Source of the DNA: Laetmonice hystrix
Lineage: Eukaryota
DNA: 64,000 bases
Direction: 5' to 3'
NCBI GenBank assembly: GCA_965235115.1
Contig: OZ249436.1
Span: 21,082,001-21,146,000, forward strand
Shown here: positions 24,678 to 36,240 of the stretch, in pieces
Layout: each line of letters opens with the position of its first letter
Position numbering within the stretch: position 1 is the stretch's first letter
Notes under the pieces: generated by a model
What the model was told of the DNA's origin: nothing
Seen by the model: only the letters and a program-made list of their open reading frames with translations
The model's database searches: none
Program-made: the position numbers and the translations under genes

Positions 24678-26018
24678 TCAGTCACGAGTACACACGTTGC
24701 CTGCCGCACGAGGTTCTGATATCACGATGACGTCATCCAAGCGGTATCTGACGTCAGAGGCCGGCCCCAGGGACTTCATGATGTCCTTCCTCCGGGTCGT
24801 CCGACGCCGCCCTCCGGTGCTCGACAAACTTCTCTTGGTGGCATTCCGACGACGTACTATCTCTCGAATCCTGTCCCCCAATGTCCTCCAAGACGTCGCC
24901 TCAGGTAGGGCTTGCTGAAGCTCCTTCTCCATGTGCGGACGGATGGGTCGGTAGTTCTGGGAGAGGTTCTTTTGGAGTTGTTCAATGTAGGGCAGCGACG
25001 ACTGGGTCTGTCCGTGGGAGGTGCAGATGGAGGGCAGCGACGACTGGGTCTGTCCGTGGGAGGTGCAGATGGAGGGCAGCGACGACTGGGTTTGTCCGTG
25101 GGAGGTGCAGGTGGAGGGCAGCAACGACTGGGCTTGTCCGTGGGAGGTGCAGATGGAGGGCAGCGACGTCGGGGTTTGTCCGTGGGAGGTGCAGATGGAG
25201 GGCAGCGACGTCGGGGTTTGTCCGTGGGAGGTGCAGACGGAGGGCAGCGACGACTGGGTTTGTACGTGGGAGGTGCAGACGGAGGGCAGCGACGACTGGG
25301 TCTGTCCGTGGGAGGTGCAGATGGAGGGCAGCGACGTCGGGGTTTGTCCGTGGGAGGTGCAGATGGAGGGCAGCGACGACGGGGTTTGTCCGTGGAAGGT
25401 GCAGATGGAGCCTGGCAGCGACGACTGGGTTTGTCCGTGGGAGGTGCAGCTGGAGCCTGGCAGCGACGACTGGGTTTGTCCGTGGGAGGTGTAGGCTGGG
25501 GTGTCAGGGAGACCAAGCCTTGCGACCATCTCGGGCGTGACAAGTGTTGACGTCATCGGCTGAGGTTGAGCGGGGGCCGTCACGGTCGTCCGTCTGCTGA
25601 GATCGTCGAAGGCTCTCTGGATACGAATGGCTTGCTGGTTGTCATAGTAACGCTGAATGGAGAGCATGTTCTGATGACGAGCCTCTTCAATGAGATTGAT
25701 GTCTTCCATATAGGAGTCGAACGTGGATGCCAGTTGCTTGTCGTGGGGAAACTGTTGAGACTTGGTCAGGTAGGCTGCCAATAGTGCAGTGTAGCGCTGT
25801 TGTAGTGCCTGGTTCGGTGGTAAAGCTGGTAGGTGGCCGGCAGATGGTCCCGGGTGGCCGGGCTGTGGTGTCGTCCACGTGGAAGCTGGGACTGGGATCG
25901 GACTGGTCAGGGTCCATTTGCCGGTATCCAGGAGCTGATGGCGGGGGTCCCCTGGGGGCAGCGGCGCGATGACGATGGGGCAGGTGGCGGGGGCAGGTTC
26001 TGGGCGGCGGTAGTCCAT
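24678..26018 (-). CDS. Intronless hypothetical 446-aa protein, copy 3
   Basis: Paralog of 14883-16226 with 12 repeats and TATA at 26087-26093. Confidence 0.65.
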   Translation of the reverse strand: MDYRRPEPAPATCPIVIAPLPPGDPRHQLLDTGKWTLTSPIPVPASTWTTPQPGHPGPSAGHLPALPPNQALQQRYTALLAAYLTKSQQFPHDKQLASTFDSYMEDINLIEEARHQNMLSIQRYYDNQQAIRIQRAFDDLSRRTTVTAPAQPQPMTSTLVTPEMVARLGLPDTPAYTSHGQTQSSLPGSSCTSHGQTQSSLPGSICTFHGQTPSSLPSICTSHGQTPTSLPSICTSHGQTQSSLPSVCTSHVQTQSSLPSVCTSHGQTPTSLPSICTSHGQTPTSLPSICTSHGQAQSLLPSTCTSHGQTQSSLPSICTSHGQTQSSLPSICTSHGQTQSSLPYIEQLQKNLSQNYRPIRPHMEKELQQALPEATSWRTLGDRIREIVRRRNATKRSLSSTGGRRRTTRRKDIMKSLGPASDVRYRLDDVIVISEPRAAGNVCTRD

Positions 26019-28479
26019 CTCGTGCTGGGTGCGGTGGTCACAGTGAGGTTCACAGCGAGAGTGGTGGTGGTCATTGCTCGCACACGTTATATACCCACCC
26101 TGGCCGGGAGGTGTGAGCGGAAGCTGTGAGGGAAGACGCTATGGCCATCCTTTGAAGATGAAGCTCAAAGAAATCTTCTTTCGAAGGGTTACTGTGGTGT
26201 GAAATAAAGCTGTAGCTAGCACCCTCTTGTCACAAACCACTTCACACCTTCAGAACGAAGATGTGTGAAAAAATGCACAGCTTCTCAAACGTTTGGCTTC
26301 CAACACCACTTTCTGAACTGAAAAGGTGATAGCTCATATTAACACATCCTGGACCAAGCTGTCAAATAATAGGGCGTGCAAGTCTCGCGTCCTTGACCTG
26401 TACATAAATGACCAGAAATAGCCTCGAAACGCGTCACGTTAGTCCCTAAACGATTGTTACGTCACAAGTCTTCCATTGGTATAACATGGGAGGAGAAAAC
26501 ACACTTTCAAACATGGACTAGATTTTTGTCAGTTTTGATATCTAAGACATGAAATGTATTTTCAAACGTAAAACAGGTTTGTGCTCCTGTTTTGTAAGTT
26601 ACAAGAATGAAAGCGCCCTAACTATAGAAGTTGAGAGTTGCGGACTCCTATGTAATGGGAGTCGCAGTGCTGAAGTGACGAGGTCACAACACGTTAGGAC
26701 CAAAGCCAAAGCATAGGCTAGAATTGGGGGGGGGGAATTGTAGGGGCAAATGATATTCCTGGCCCGGCCCTGTTTCGACACCCTTGCCGTGGAGAGAGTA
26801 GATATCACTGCTACCTATAGACTTTTTTAACAGATGCCTATCAGATCTCAGGTGTCAACACAGTTAACGCCTACGGTATGTTCAGGGACATTGGAAAAAC
26901 CTCGGCCGTTTCCGCCTGCTTCGGAAATAACTCACACGTGTAATGTTTTCTGTATGTTTGTGATGCGGTGCGAACGAATACTGGAGTAAACAGGCAGGCG
27001 GACACAATAGCGCGCAGACAAACTAATCCCTCATGGATAATGGCAGCCTATGAGGAGTGTTTGGATTTTACATTGGAAAACTGTCCGCTATACAAGGGGA
27101 AACTAGAGCAGTTGTAACCAAAGCAGATAGAAACATTGAAAGTTCTTAACGAGGGAAGAGACTGCATAGCCTCCATTCGCCCTATTATCGCCCACACCAA
27201 CGGGTCAATGCAGTGCGCTCACTTCTGAGCACTTGGAAACTGGCGAGGCAATCTAGGCGGAAATATAACTCGGCTCACCGTCGGCAGATTCCTTCCGTAA
27301 ACACCCACTCAGCTCACCGTCAAAACTTCCAAATCATCTGACAGCTTAATTAATGACAGTTGTGCCTGTGGAAAGCGGTTTGTTTTGGTTTGTGTGACGT
27401 CAGATCGTACTTCTTTCAAAATGGCGACCCGACCGTTACGGCCGAGATATGATGGTAACATCTGTCGGGGGCGGGGGCCGAGTGGTTCAGAACTTCAGGG
27501 GTGAGTCCCTTGATGACATAGTACAAAAGTGTAGGTACCCAAGTACTTGCTATCCCTCCCGCGATTTATGTTCCCCGCTGCCTCCCCCAGGAACTTAAAG
27601 TGATAGAACAGGTAACGCGGGGAGATCATGACATTGAGAGCCGTATGAAAAGGTTCAGACGTTCACGAGTGATCATGAGTGACACAAATGATTGTTAGTT
27701 TGGAAAAAACATTATTTTCCACCTCTCAACGCCGTTCCTTACGATGCGCCTGGCGGAGTGAGCCGTGCGCCTGGCGAAGTGAGCCGTCCATCAATGAAAT
27801 GACAATGAAATAGTTCCTAAAATAAATTAGAAGGAATGTTCCCTGGGTAGAACCTATCATGTTGATGCTGGTTTATTCTGTGATATTTAAACATTTCAAA
27901 CACTATTGGTGAAATGTGTTAGGGCCTACCTATTTAGGCGTAGGCCTATATGGCTGTCAACCACCAAAAAGTCACTTGTGGTAGTACTTGAGAGAAATGA
28001 GAGGCTCATGGAAAGGAGTTTGCAGTAGGCTGTCAGGCTGCCAGTGGAAAGAATGCTTGACGTCGCATGGGCCCAGAGTAGGGCAGGGGTCGAGTGGTGC
28101 CAAGGGATCGTGCGGGGGGGGGAGGGGTCACCTGGCTGGAGAAAAATAGGGGGGGGGGGCTGAAAACGATTGTTAAATCCCTCCCCGGTAATTTGAAGAC
28201 GTTTTTATATTCATAAGAGGGAACTTGAAATCGTTACACCGCGACAGCTAATCCCTCTTTCTGATATAGCTCGGCCAGGGCGCTCCCCCCGAGTCAAGGC
28301 GGGCTAAGCCCGTTCACATACAGCTCACCACCACTGACCCGGGCATTACCCGGGGGAAACCCTCAGTGAGAACCTGCCCCAAGTGCACGTTGGCAGGCCT
28401 GACAGGCCATAGTACAGAGATCTAGGTCAGTTGCTGCACTGCACAGTATGATTCCCCTCGCCAATGAAAAGAGGACGTG

Positions 28480-31400
28480 ATGGATGCCTGGATATTTTCT
28501 TCGGTCGGTCTATTCTACCGGCTATTCGCGTTCATTGTTTCTATATTAGCCATACTAATTGGTGGATTCTGCATAAAAATACTTCGCCTTCATCGCAAGT
28601 ATGCTCACATACCGTCTCCGCGGAGAGAAAGGTAAGCCATTAAGTAGGAAATAACATATGTCGCTATATACTCTGAACCGTGTCAGATACGCTGACGAGT
28701 TTCCCATGAGTTTCCCAGGCCCGACGAGGGTATTACCGTAACATCAACAGATGAATAGGGAATTTGTAGGCTAGTAGTACAAACAAAATACGTCAGTATA
28801 GATGCCCTTTGAGAAGACCCTGAACGGTTAACCCCACCCTTTCAGAATCCGCGCCTGATCATTGAGGTAGTTGACATATTGGTGCATGTAGGCCTACAGG
28901 CCTGAGTGCCGGGGGTGGGTGTGGGGGTTTGGGGTAGGCCTATGTGATAAGTCAGTTAGTAGAGCCAGTCCTGATCATCACGACCCGCAGCGGCCTCAGC
29001 CAGTAGACAAGTCTACTACGGTGGCCCAGAAGTGCTACGCACCCTAGTGTCAGTTCTCGCTAGCGCAGTACTGACTTGTATGCACTTGTCTAGCTGGAAG
29101 CCCATGCATGTCCGCCTAAAACGGTGCGATCGACGTATGTCAAACGAATACGGCTGATCGCAAGACGAAAACACCACCCAGTAGGCATCACTATAGGCAT
29201 AGCATTACATGAAACGTGTGAAATAAGAAAGAACCGACAAATATGGCATTTATCTATATGGGTTCATCCTCAAATTTAAGATAAGGAGAGAACAAGTATA
29301 TCCTAATTTGGTACGTCATTTAAGATGATGCGGAGAGATTCATTCAGTAGGCTATTTCCATGCAGCTCAATATTAGGGGCGGCTCCAGGGTTAGAACTTC
29401 AAATCGTCAGGGAGATGGATGGTCAAGAATGTTCTCTAGGGAAATAATAGAAAATTGATTGCCAAGAGAAGGGGTTCGAACCCCCCACCCCCACCCCACC
29501 CCCACCCCACCCCCGCCCCACCCCCACCCCACCCTCCCCTCCCGATCTACCACTGATAGGGAAGTTCTCACTTCATTGGTGACGTCTTGAGACGCAGGCC
29601 TTTGACAAGTTAGGTGATATGTCCAAAAGAATGACTGCATCTGGGACACAAATCAAAGGTTATTTTATAGTTAGTTGAACAAAGGTTCTCTCCCAGGGGT
29701 CCGGAAATAAGAGGGGGCGCCGCATACGCCCCTTCCCTAAATCCGCCACTGATATACCACTGAGTTGTCATGGGACAGTTTCGAGGTGTTACACAACAGA
29801 CTATAATCTTTTCTCTTATTTCTCATGCAGCTTTATCCTTGGTCATTTCCCTGCGATACGACGTCTGAAAGAAGATGGCACATTTTTATCCGCTTTGTTA
29901 CTACAGTAGTGAGTAATCCACAGTTCAACTACATGTACCTCATTAAGGAGTTGTGCTAATTAACGTCCGGTACCGGACGGTACCGGACGGTAATTAGCAA
30001 GACCGTACGTTAAATAGTGAGCTTTATGGACAATCTATTTATATCAGAATTTTAAGAGGAAATCCGTTCATGGCTTTCTTGTCCCAAATTTCATTTAAAA
30101 TAGGCCTCATTATACAAATACATTTTATGGACAGTAGGCCTACTAAAGATATCCACAATGCCAGTCCCTCTCTATTTTCTGTCACTCATATACAAAGCAC
30201 CTATAAAATGTCACCATGCTTTCTCAGCGCACAGGAATGTGGTCCAACCTACGTTCTGTTTTTTCTCCACAAACCGTTACTGTTCACCATGGATCAGCAA
30301 GCTGTCAAGGTGAGAGGGAAATGAAACACATTAATGGAATGTTAGCATTTACTCTCGCCTTCCTCATATCTTATGCATGTAGGATGTTATTGACCATTTT
30401 GGGTTTATCACAAAATAAAGAGATCTTAAAACTCTGACGTTGTGTTTTTTATATGTCCCAAATGTAGCAATCTACCGCTCGAGTGTGTCACTTACAAGTT
30501 CTACTCGTAGCATACCATCTAATCATATAATCATCATGTGGATCGTTTTTTCTCTTTGATTGTCTCTGTGTATAGGAGCTGCTGATCACGGGAGGCTACC
30601 CTAAGTCGAGAGAAGCTTATATAGATGTGGGTTTTCTCTATGGAGAAAGGTATACGCAAAGTGGTCACTGAGGCCTACATGAACGAGTTCGCTGCTGATA
30701 TCTCCTATCTCTCTCTCGCTCACAAAGATTAACTTTGTTTGGGCTACACAATGATCTTGAATCTCGGGTTCCGATGGGGTTTATCACTAAAACATACCGT
30801 GGGTTTCTGATAACAAATCTGACATTGACATGTACTGTCTAATCGGAGCACAACAACACTGGAATGGATTCTTGTCCTGATCTTCTGTCTGCCAAAACAA
30901 GAATCCGTTTGGTCCGATGGTCCTTCCCAGTTTCGCTTAAAGAGAGATCTTTGCAGCTCATTCCAATGGAGCGACCAGCAGACTCCTATGAATGGGATTG
31001 CGAATAACAATTGGGCTAAGTTTGAAATCATGAGCTTGAACCATATAAATTTGGACAGGTTTATTGGGAGAGGGCTGGTCACAGAAACTGACCACGATGT
31101 CTGGGCCCGACGACGAGCTTTCATGAACCCTGCCTTTCATCGACAGTACGTATACAATGTTACAAGGAAATTCTAGTACAGTACAAGCGGCCTACTATAG
31201 GCGTATATGTCTTCATGAAATCGTTTCAAAATATACATGTACTCATAAACTACAAAGAGAAATACATTCTTTCCTCATACAGATTTCTTAAAACTCTCAT
31301 GGATGATTTTAACGATACAGCCGACGACCTGATGAAGAAACTGTCGTCCGTCGCTGACGGCAAGAGTATTGTGTCGTTGTATAACAACCTACACTGTGTC

Positions 31401-34233
31401 ACACTTGATGTCATTGGCAAGGTCAACCTTAAACTTTAATATGCTAATAATAAAGCGAAAGTCCCTGGGGTTCCTTGGGTTCAAAACACAATCAGACATT
31501 TCGTGCATAAGCTTGTACGCACCGAGAATTATTGATTTCTAACTCCATTCATTTATAATCCGCCAGGTGGCGTTCGGAATGGATATCAGCAGTCTCAATG
31601 ACCCAACCAGTCCTTTCCCTCGGGCCACTTTCAAGGCTTTCCAAGGATTCTCAACGATGACAAAGTCGCTCATATCGAAGGTGTGTTACAAATGCCTAAG
31701 CAGGGGGTTGCACAATGCAAACTCGTTTTTTTCACCGGCTTGATAGAGAAGCAAACGCTGTCTTGTCGTTTAGAACATTGGTATTGGTATGAACGTTCGG
31801 AATACATTATAAAAAAAAGCGAATCCTGTTTTGCAGCATATCCCATTCATTGATAGGTCTTTTAAACACGAGGTAAGACAGGCATGCAGATTTCTGAGAG
31901 ATGTTGGACGAAAGTGTCTCGACGAAAGGAAGTTGGCCATACAGAGAGGGGATCATGTACCTACCGATATCCTCACCTACATACTTGACGCCAAGGGTAG
32001 GAGGATTTTGCATCTAATTGAAAAAAATGAGGACAAACTTCTCTTTTACAGTCGTAAATATAATATATCTCTATAAATCTCTAGAAGGAGAGAGGCTTCG
32101 TTCTGTCTACGAGCCACGCCCACAACAGAGACTCGTCTAAAGGACCCTAAGATATTGGGATAGACTAAGAGCAATAAATCCTCTAAAATGTCTAACTTTT
32201 CTCCAGAAAAAGGCGTTAGTGAATCAATTGAAGAGGCCCTGGACGACTTCGTGACTTTTTTCGTTGCAGGTCAGTCGTTTAGATTCTAATTTTATTCCCG
32301 TAAATCATCCCAAGATAGGCCTATACGTCCGTAGTACCGCAAATCTTGGTCCTTTATTTCTTATACATGTATATTTTTACCTCAATTTAAACGGTCCGAA
32401 TAGCATTTTCTAACAAATAAATATTTTCTTTTATAAACCGTAATACTGTATTTGTCATGCTGCTGTGAGGCTGTTTAGGCCTATAGGCAGAATGCGACTT
32501 AAGTTTGATGTGTGGAAGGTCTCATTTGGCGGACAGGTTTAATAAAAACTTACTTAATGATCTGTAGTAACATGTGTTGATTTGTAATTAAGGCCAGGAG
32601 ACAACGGCAAATGCCCTCAGTTTCGTCATACTCGAACTTGGCCGAAATCCTGACATTCTTACAAGGTAAACATTATTCTGTCATGACACCACTGACAATT
32701 GGTGGGGAATGAGAAACCGTAAAATCCACATGTTATTTATTTGTACCAAGGCCAGGTTGTAAGTGATTGTCCAGTGTAGAACCCTTTGTTTACATTGTAA
32801 TTTCTTGTTAAAAGACTAAAAGATGAAGTGGACACGATCGTAGGGAAGCGTTCTAACATCACGCTTGATGACGTGAACGCTATGGAGTACGGGTCGCGAG
32901 TTTTCAAAGAGTCACTGCGACTCTACCCGCCCGCGTCGCTGACATTCCGTGAAGTGATGACTGATCAGGTGATTGGAGGTTACCGGATCCCCGCCGAGAC
33001 CTCAGTTGCTGTGAGTAGGCGACGTCTACCTACGTCTGTCTACCTTTACGTGACAGTGCCGTCATTCTCAATTCCGCTAATCGGGGTCTTTGCATGTCGC
33101 TCCGTTCGTACGCCCAGCAGACACCTCTGTGATCGGCATTGGGATTAAGAACGGAGGGGGTACCTCACGAGGAGGGGAGGGTTAGCAGATTAGGCGGGTG
33201 GGTCTGCTACCTGAGGCCTGGGACCACGTGTTCCTTCATTCCAGGAAGTTGAAACCAAAGGGAACTCTGTCCAAACTGGATGTCGAGTCGAGCCGTCATT
33301 GTTTCAGATGAGTACGTACGCGTCCGGACGACACCATGAGTTTCATGAAGACCCGTTGACGTTTGACCCGGATAGATTCCTACCTGATTCCGATCGAAGG
33401 TAAACCAGATTCTACAGAGGCCGACTTTGGGAATACGCTTAATAAGGCTGAAAACTTTTTGAAAGCAGTCTAACTGTTACACGTGGTAGGCCTATTCGCA
33501 GTGAAAACATAGACACCTTGATACCTGGTGCAATTCGTCGCATGCATCAAATTGCCCCAGAGGCCTCTATATCATGGGCGTTACGCATTTCCTGTTTGAA
33601 CGTTGAAAGTTATGCATCAAAGTCGATACGCTTAGTTGGGAGTCTAAAGCATTGGGCTACTTTAAGGGTAAAATAATTGGGAGCTACACCAGTGCTATAA
33701 CTTTGTAACCTTTCCCCACACAGACCAACACCGTACAGTTATTTCCCATTCTCCCTGGGCCCGAGAAGTTGTATTGGCATTACGTTCGCACAGGTACGGA
33801 CCTCTGTTGATACTGTTTGGTATGTCGATGATTTACTGGTGACCAGGCCTGCAGTCATACTAAATGATTTTAAAATGTTACATATTTATAGAGTCTACAT
33901 GTATGATCCTTTGAACATAATAGAGCAGGTGGATGAAATCTTAACTATTATCATTGGCGTTCTTCTTTCTTCGTTAGGCCCATGCATAATCTTTTCTATT
34001 GCTTCTAAACCACTATTATCATGGCGTTCTTCTTTCTTCGTTAGGCGTCCTTTCTATTGCTTCTAATCTTTGCTGGTTTGTGTTTTTTTCAGATCGAGGC
34101 GAAACTCATTCTTGCCAAGTTCATCCAGCGTTTTGATTTTGAACTCGATCCTAATCAGTCGTTTGACATCGAGGAAAACACCACCTTGAAACCTAAAGGA
34201 GGAACCGCAGCCAAACTGACTCTCCGCGATTAA
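28480..34233 (+). CDS. CYP46A1: Cytochrome P450, cholesterol 24-hydroxylase (CYP46A1)-like, 14 exons, ~506 aa
   Basis: Exons 28480-28631, 29831-29908, 30228-30309, 30576-30649, 31059-31145, 31283-31421, 31567-31680, 31837-31996, 32207-32269, 32593-32665, 32815-33010, 33308-33399, 33724-33793, 34093-34233 (1521 nt, in frame, GT-AG). N-terminal TM anchor then KYAHIPSP..SFILGH; WARRR C-helix; DDFVTFFVAGQETTANAL I-helix; KESLRLYPP (ExxR); DPLTFDPDRF; heme motif FPFSLGPRSCIG. AATAAA at 34283. The symbol indicates family resemblance; 1:1 orthology is untested. Confidence 0.93.
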
Positions 34234-34501
34234 TAAGGAAAATCTCTGAGATAAATTCTAACGCTTTGATAACTTTATATCTAATAAACCTACGATGTCA
34301 ATGTAATAACTAAGGCCTACATGTAATACACAATATAAATAATGTAATAATCAGTAGACATAAACGTATTCATTAGCAGCTTATGGATACGTCTAGGCAA
34401 GAAACGCGAATAAAGGGAGATGTGGGAGTAATCATGTCTCTGACAATAATCATACTGCACAATATCACAGCTAGTATCCTTACCATTGGCAATCTGAAGG
34501 C

Positions 34502-35993
34502 TTAAAGGTACACCGTAATCTTCGAAAATAAAACACCGGTCACCGATAGCAACTTATTGAGACACTGTTGCTGAAGTACTGCAGTATGATGATCTTTGTT
34601 AACTAGGATTCGGACCGAAGATATAACATGATAATGGCAGGAGTTTGAATTTGCCTCCGCTCTCCTAAAGGGGTGCTGCAAATGACGTCGAACAACATCC
34701 CATAATAGTCCCAACGTCCTGGGGAACCCCATGTTAACTTCTGGTATAGCTCCACCATATTTGATCATCATCATCATAGGCCTACACTTGCTTTGTAAAT
34801 ATGCCTCCGAGGAAACGGGCTTTTAAGCGACGAAAGTCGATGTATGCAACAGAATCAGCTAAAAAGCTGAGAAAGAAGGACAGAAGACGTGACAGTGCTC
34901 GTGGCATTGAAATAGATCGGTGGATGGCCTTGAAACCCCACGCTCCGGTCAGCGTCACCTGAGAGGCGCTGAAACTCAGCGTGGGAAATACGGGCTCGGG
35001 TGCTCGACAGGCGCGCATCAGGTAATTCCCCTGTTGCCCGGTTATCCAAAATGGCCAAGCGGTTCGAAGGTAGAGCGTTAGATTGCAAAGGAGTCAGCGG
35101 AACGTTCACACATTACATTGATTCGGTTGGTCTCATTTAAATTTAGGCCTATTTGAGTTTTACATGTGACACCAAGCTGATTTATATGGCAGGGGGTCGA
35201 TATTACACGTTTTGAAAACGTAGCAACTTTAATATAGGCCTACCGATAGGTGGCGTAGGTGGATTATGCTTTGCTTGCCTTCAGTAAACTATATTGCCGA
35301 TAGATGGCGGTGGTGTAGATCTAGAGTTCGAAGTCGCTTTTAAGGTCCACTGTTTTTAAAACCTGTAATATCGACACCCTGCCATATAAATCAGCTTAGT
35401 GTCACATGTAAAACTCAAATAAATTGAAGTGAGACCAACCAAATGTAATGTGAGAACGCTCAGCTGGCTCCATTGCAATCTAACGCTCTACCTTCGAACC
35501 GCTTGGCCATTTTGGATAACTGTATAACAGCGGCATTCCCACAGTAAGTTTCAGTGACTCTCACAGTCTCAGGTGACGCTCGGACTAGTCGAAGCGTGGG
35601 GTTTCAAGGCCATCCACCGATCTATTTCAATGTCACGAGCACTGTCACGTCTTCTGTCCAACCCGTTCTTTCTCAGCTTTTTAGCTGATTCTGTTGCATA
35701 CATCGACTTTCGTCCCTCGGAGTCATATTTATATGATAGAAATATGGTGGAGCGATACCTGAAGACCTAGGATTATGGGATGTTGTTCGACGTCATTTGC
35801 AGCACCCCTTTCGGAGAGCGGAGGCAAATTCAAACTCTTGCTAATTATCATGTTTCAGCTTCGGTCCGAGTTTTAGTTAACAAAAATCATCATGCAGTAT
35901 TGCAGTAACCGTGTATATATGTATATGTCAATAGGTTGCTATAGGGGACAGGTAAGTGTTTTATTCTCGAAGATACTAACGATGCCGCTTTAA
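34502..35993. mobile_element. Long inverted duplication: two ~650-730 bp TTAA-bounded arms (34502-35232 and 35340-35993), Kolobok/piggyBac-like non-autonomous element(s)
   Basis: The arms are reverse complements over their length (e.g. ggtggatggccttgaaaccccacgct vs agcgtggggtttcaaggccatccacc). All four arm ends are TTAA. Confidence 0.8.
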
Positions 35994-35996
35994 CCT

Positions 35997-36240
35997 GGTT
36001 CCAGGTTCCCTCGCTAGGGGGCTCTGTGATCGAATACTCGCGTTATTTGGATTCCCTCGGGCATTTAACGTCACTTCCCATACTCACCAGGTGGCGCCAG
36101 TCCGCAAACGTACGGAAATCCGAGGGAGTGCGAGTGTGGCCACTTCTAAGCTGGTTCCCGGCTCACTCGCTAGGTGGCTCTGTGGTCCCCGTAGCTGCTC
36201 GCGTCGACCACAGAGTCCCCTAGCGAGTGAGCCTGGAACC
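35997..36240. mobile_element. Small fold-back element with ~32-bp TIRs and an internal third TIR copy
   Basis: ggttccaggttccctcgctagggggctctgtg / cacagagtcccctagcgagtgagcctggaacc; internal copy at ~36153. Confidence 0.7.

Larger units (their letters stand above)
23539..27545. repeat. Large tandem unit 3 (segment A only; ~500-bp internal deletion near 26708; ends at the palindrome)
   Basis: Colinear with units 1 and 2 until ~27525. ggaccaaagcc is joined directly to aagcataggcta, removing the equivalent of ~16921-17418. Confidence 0.92.
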
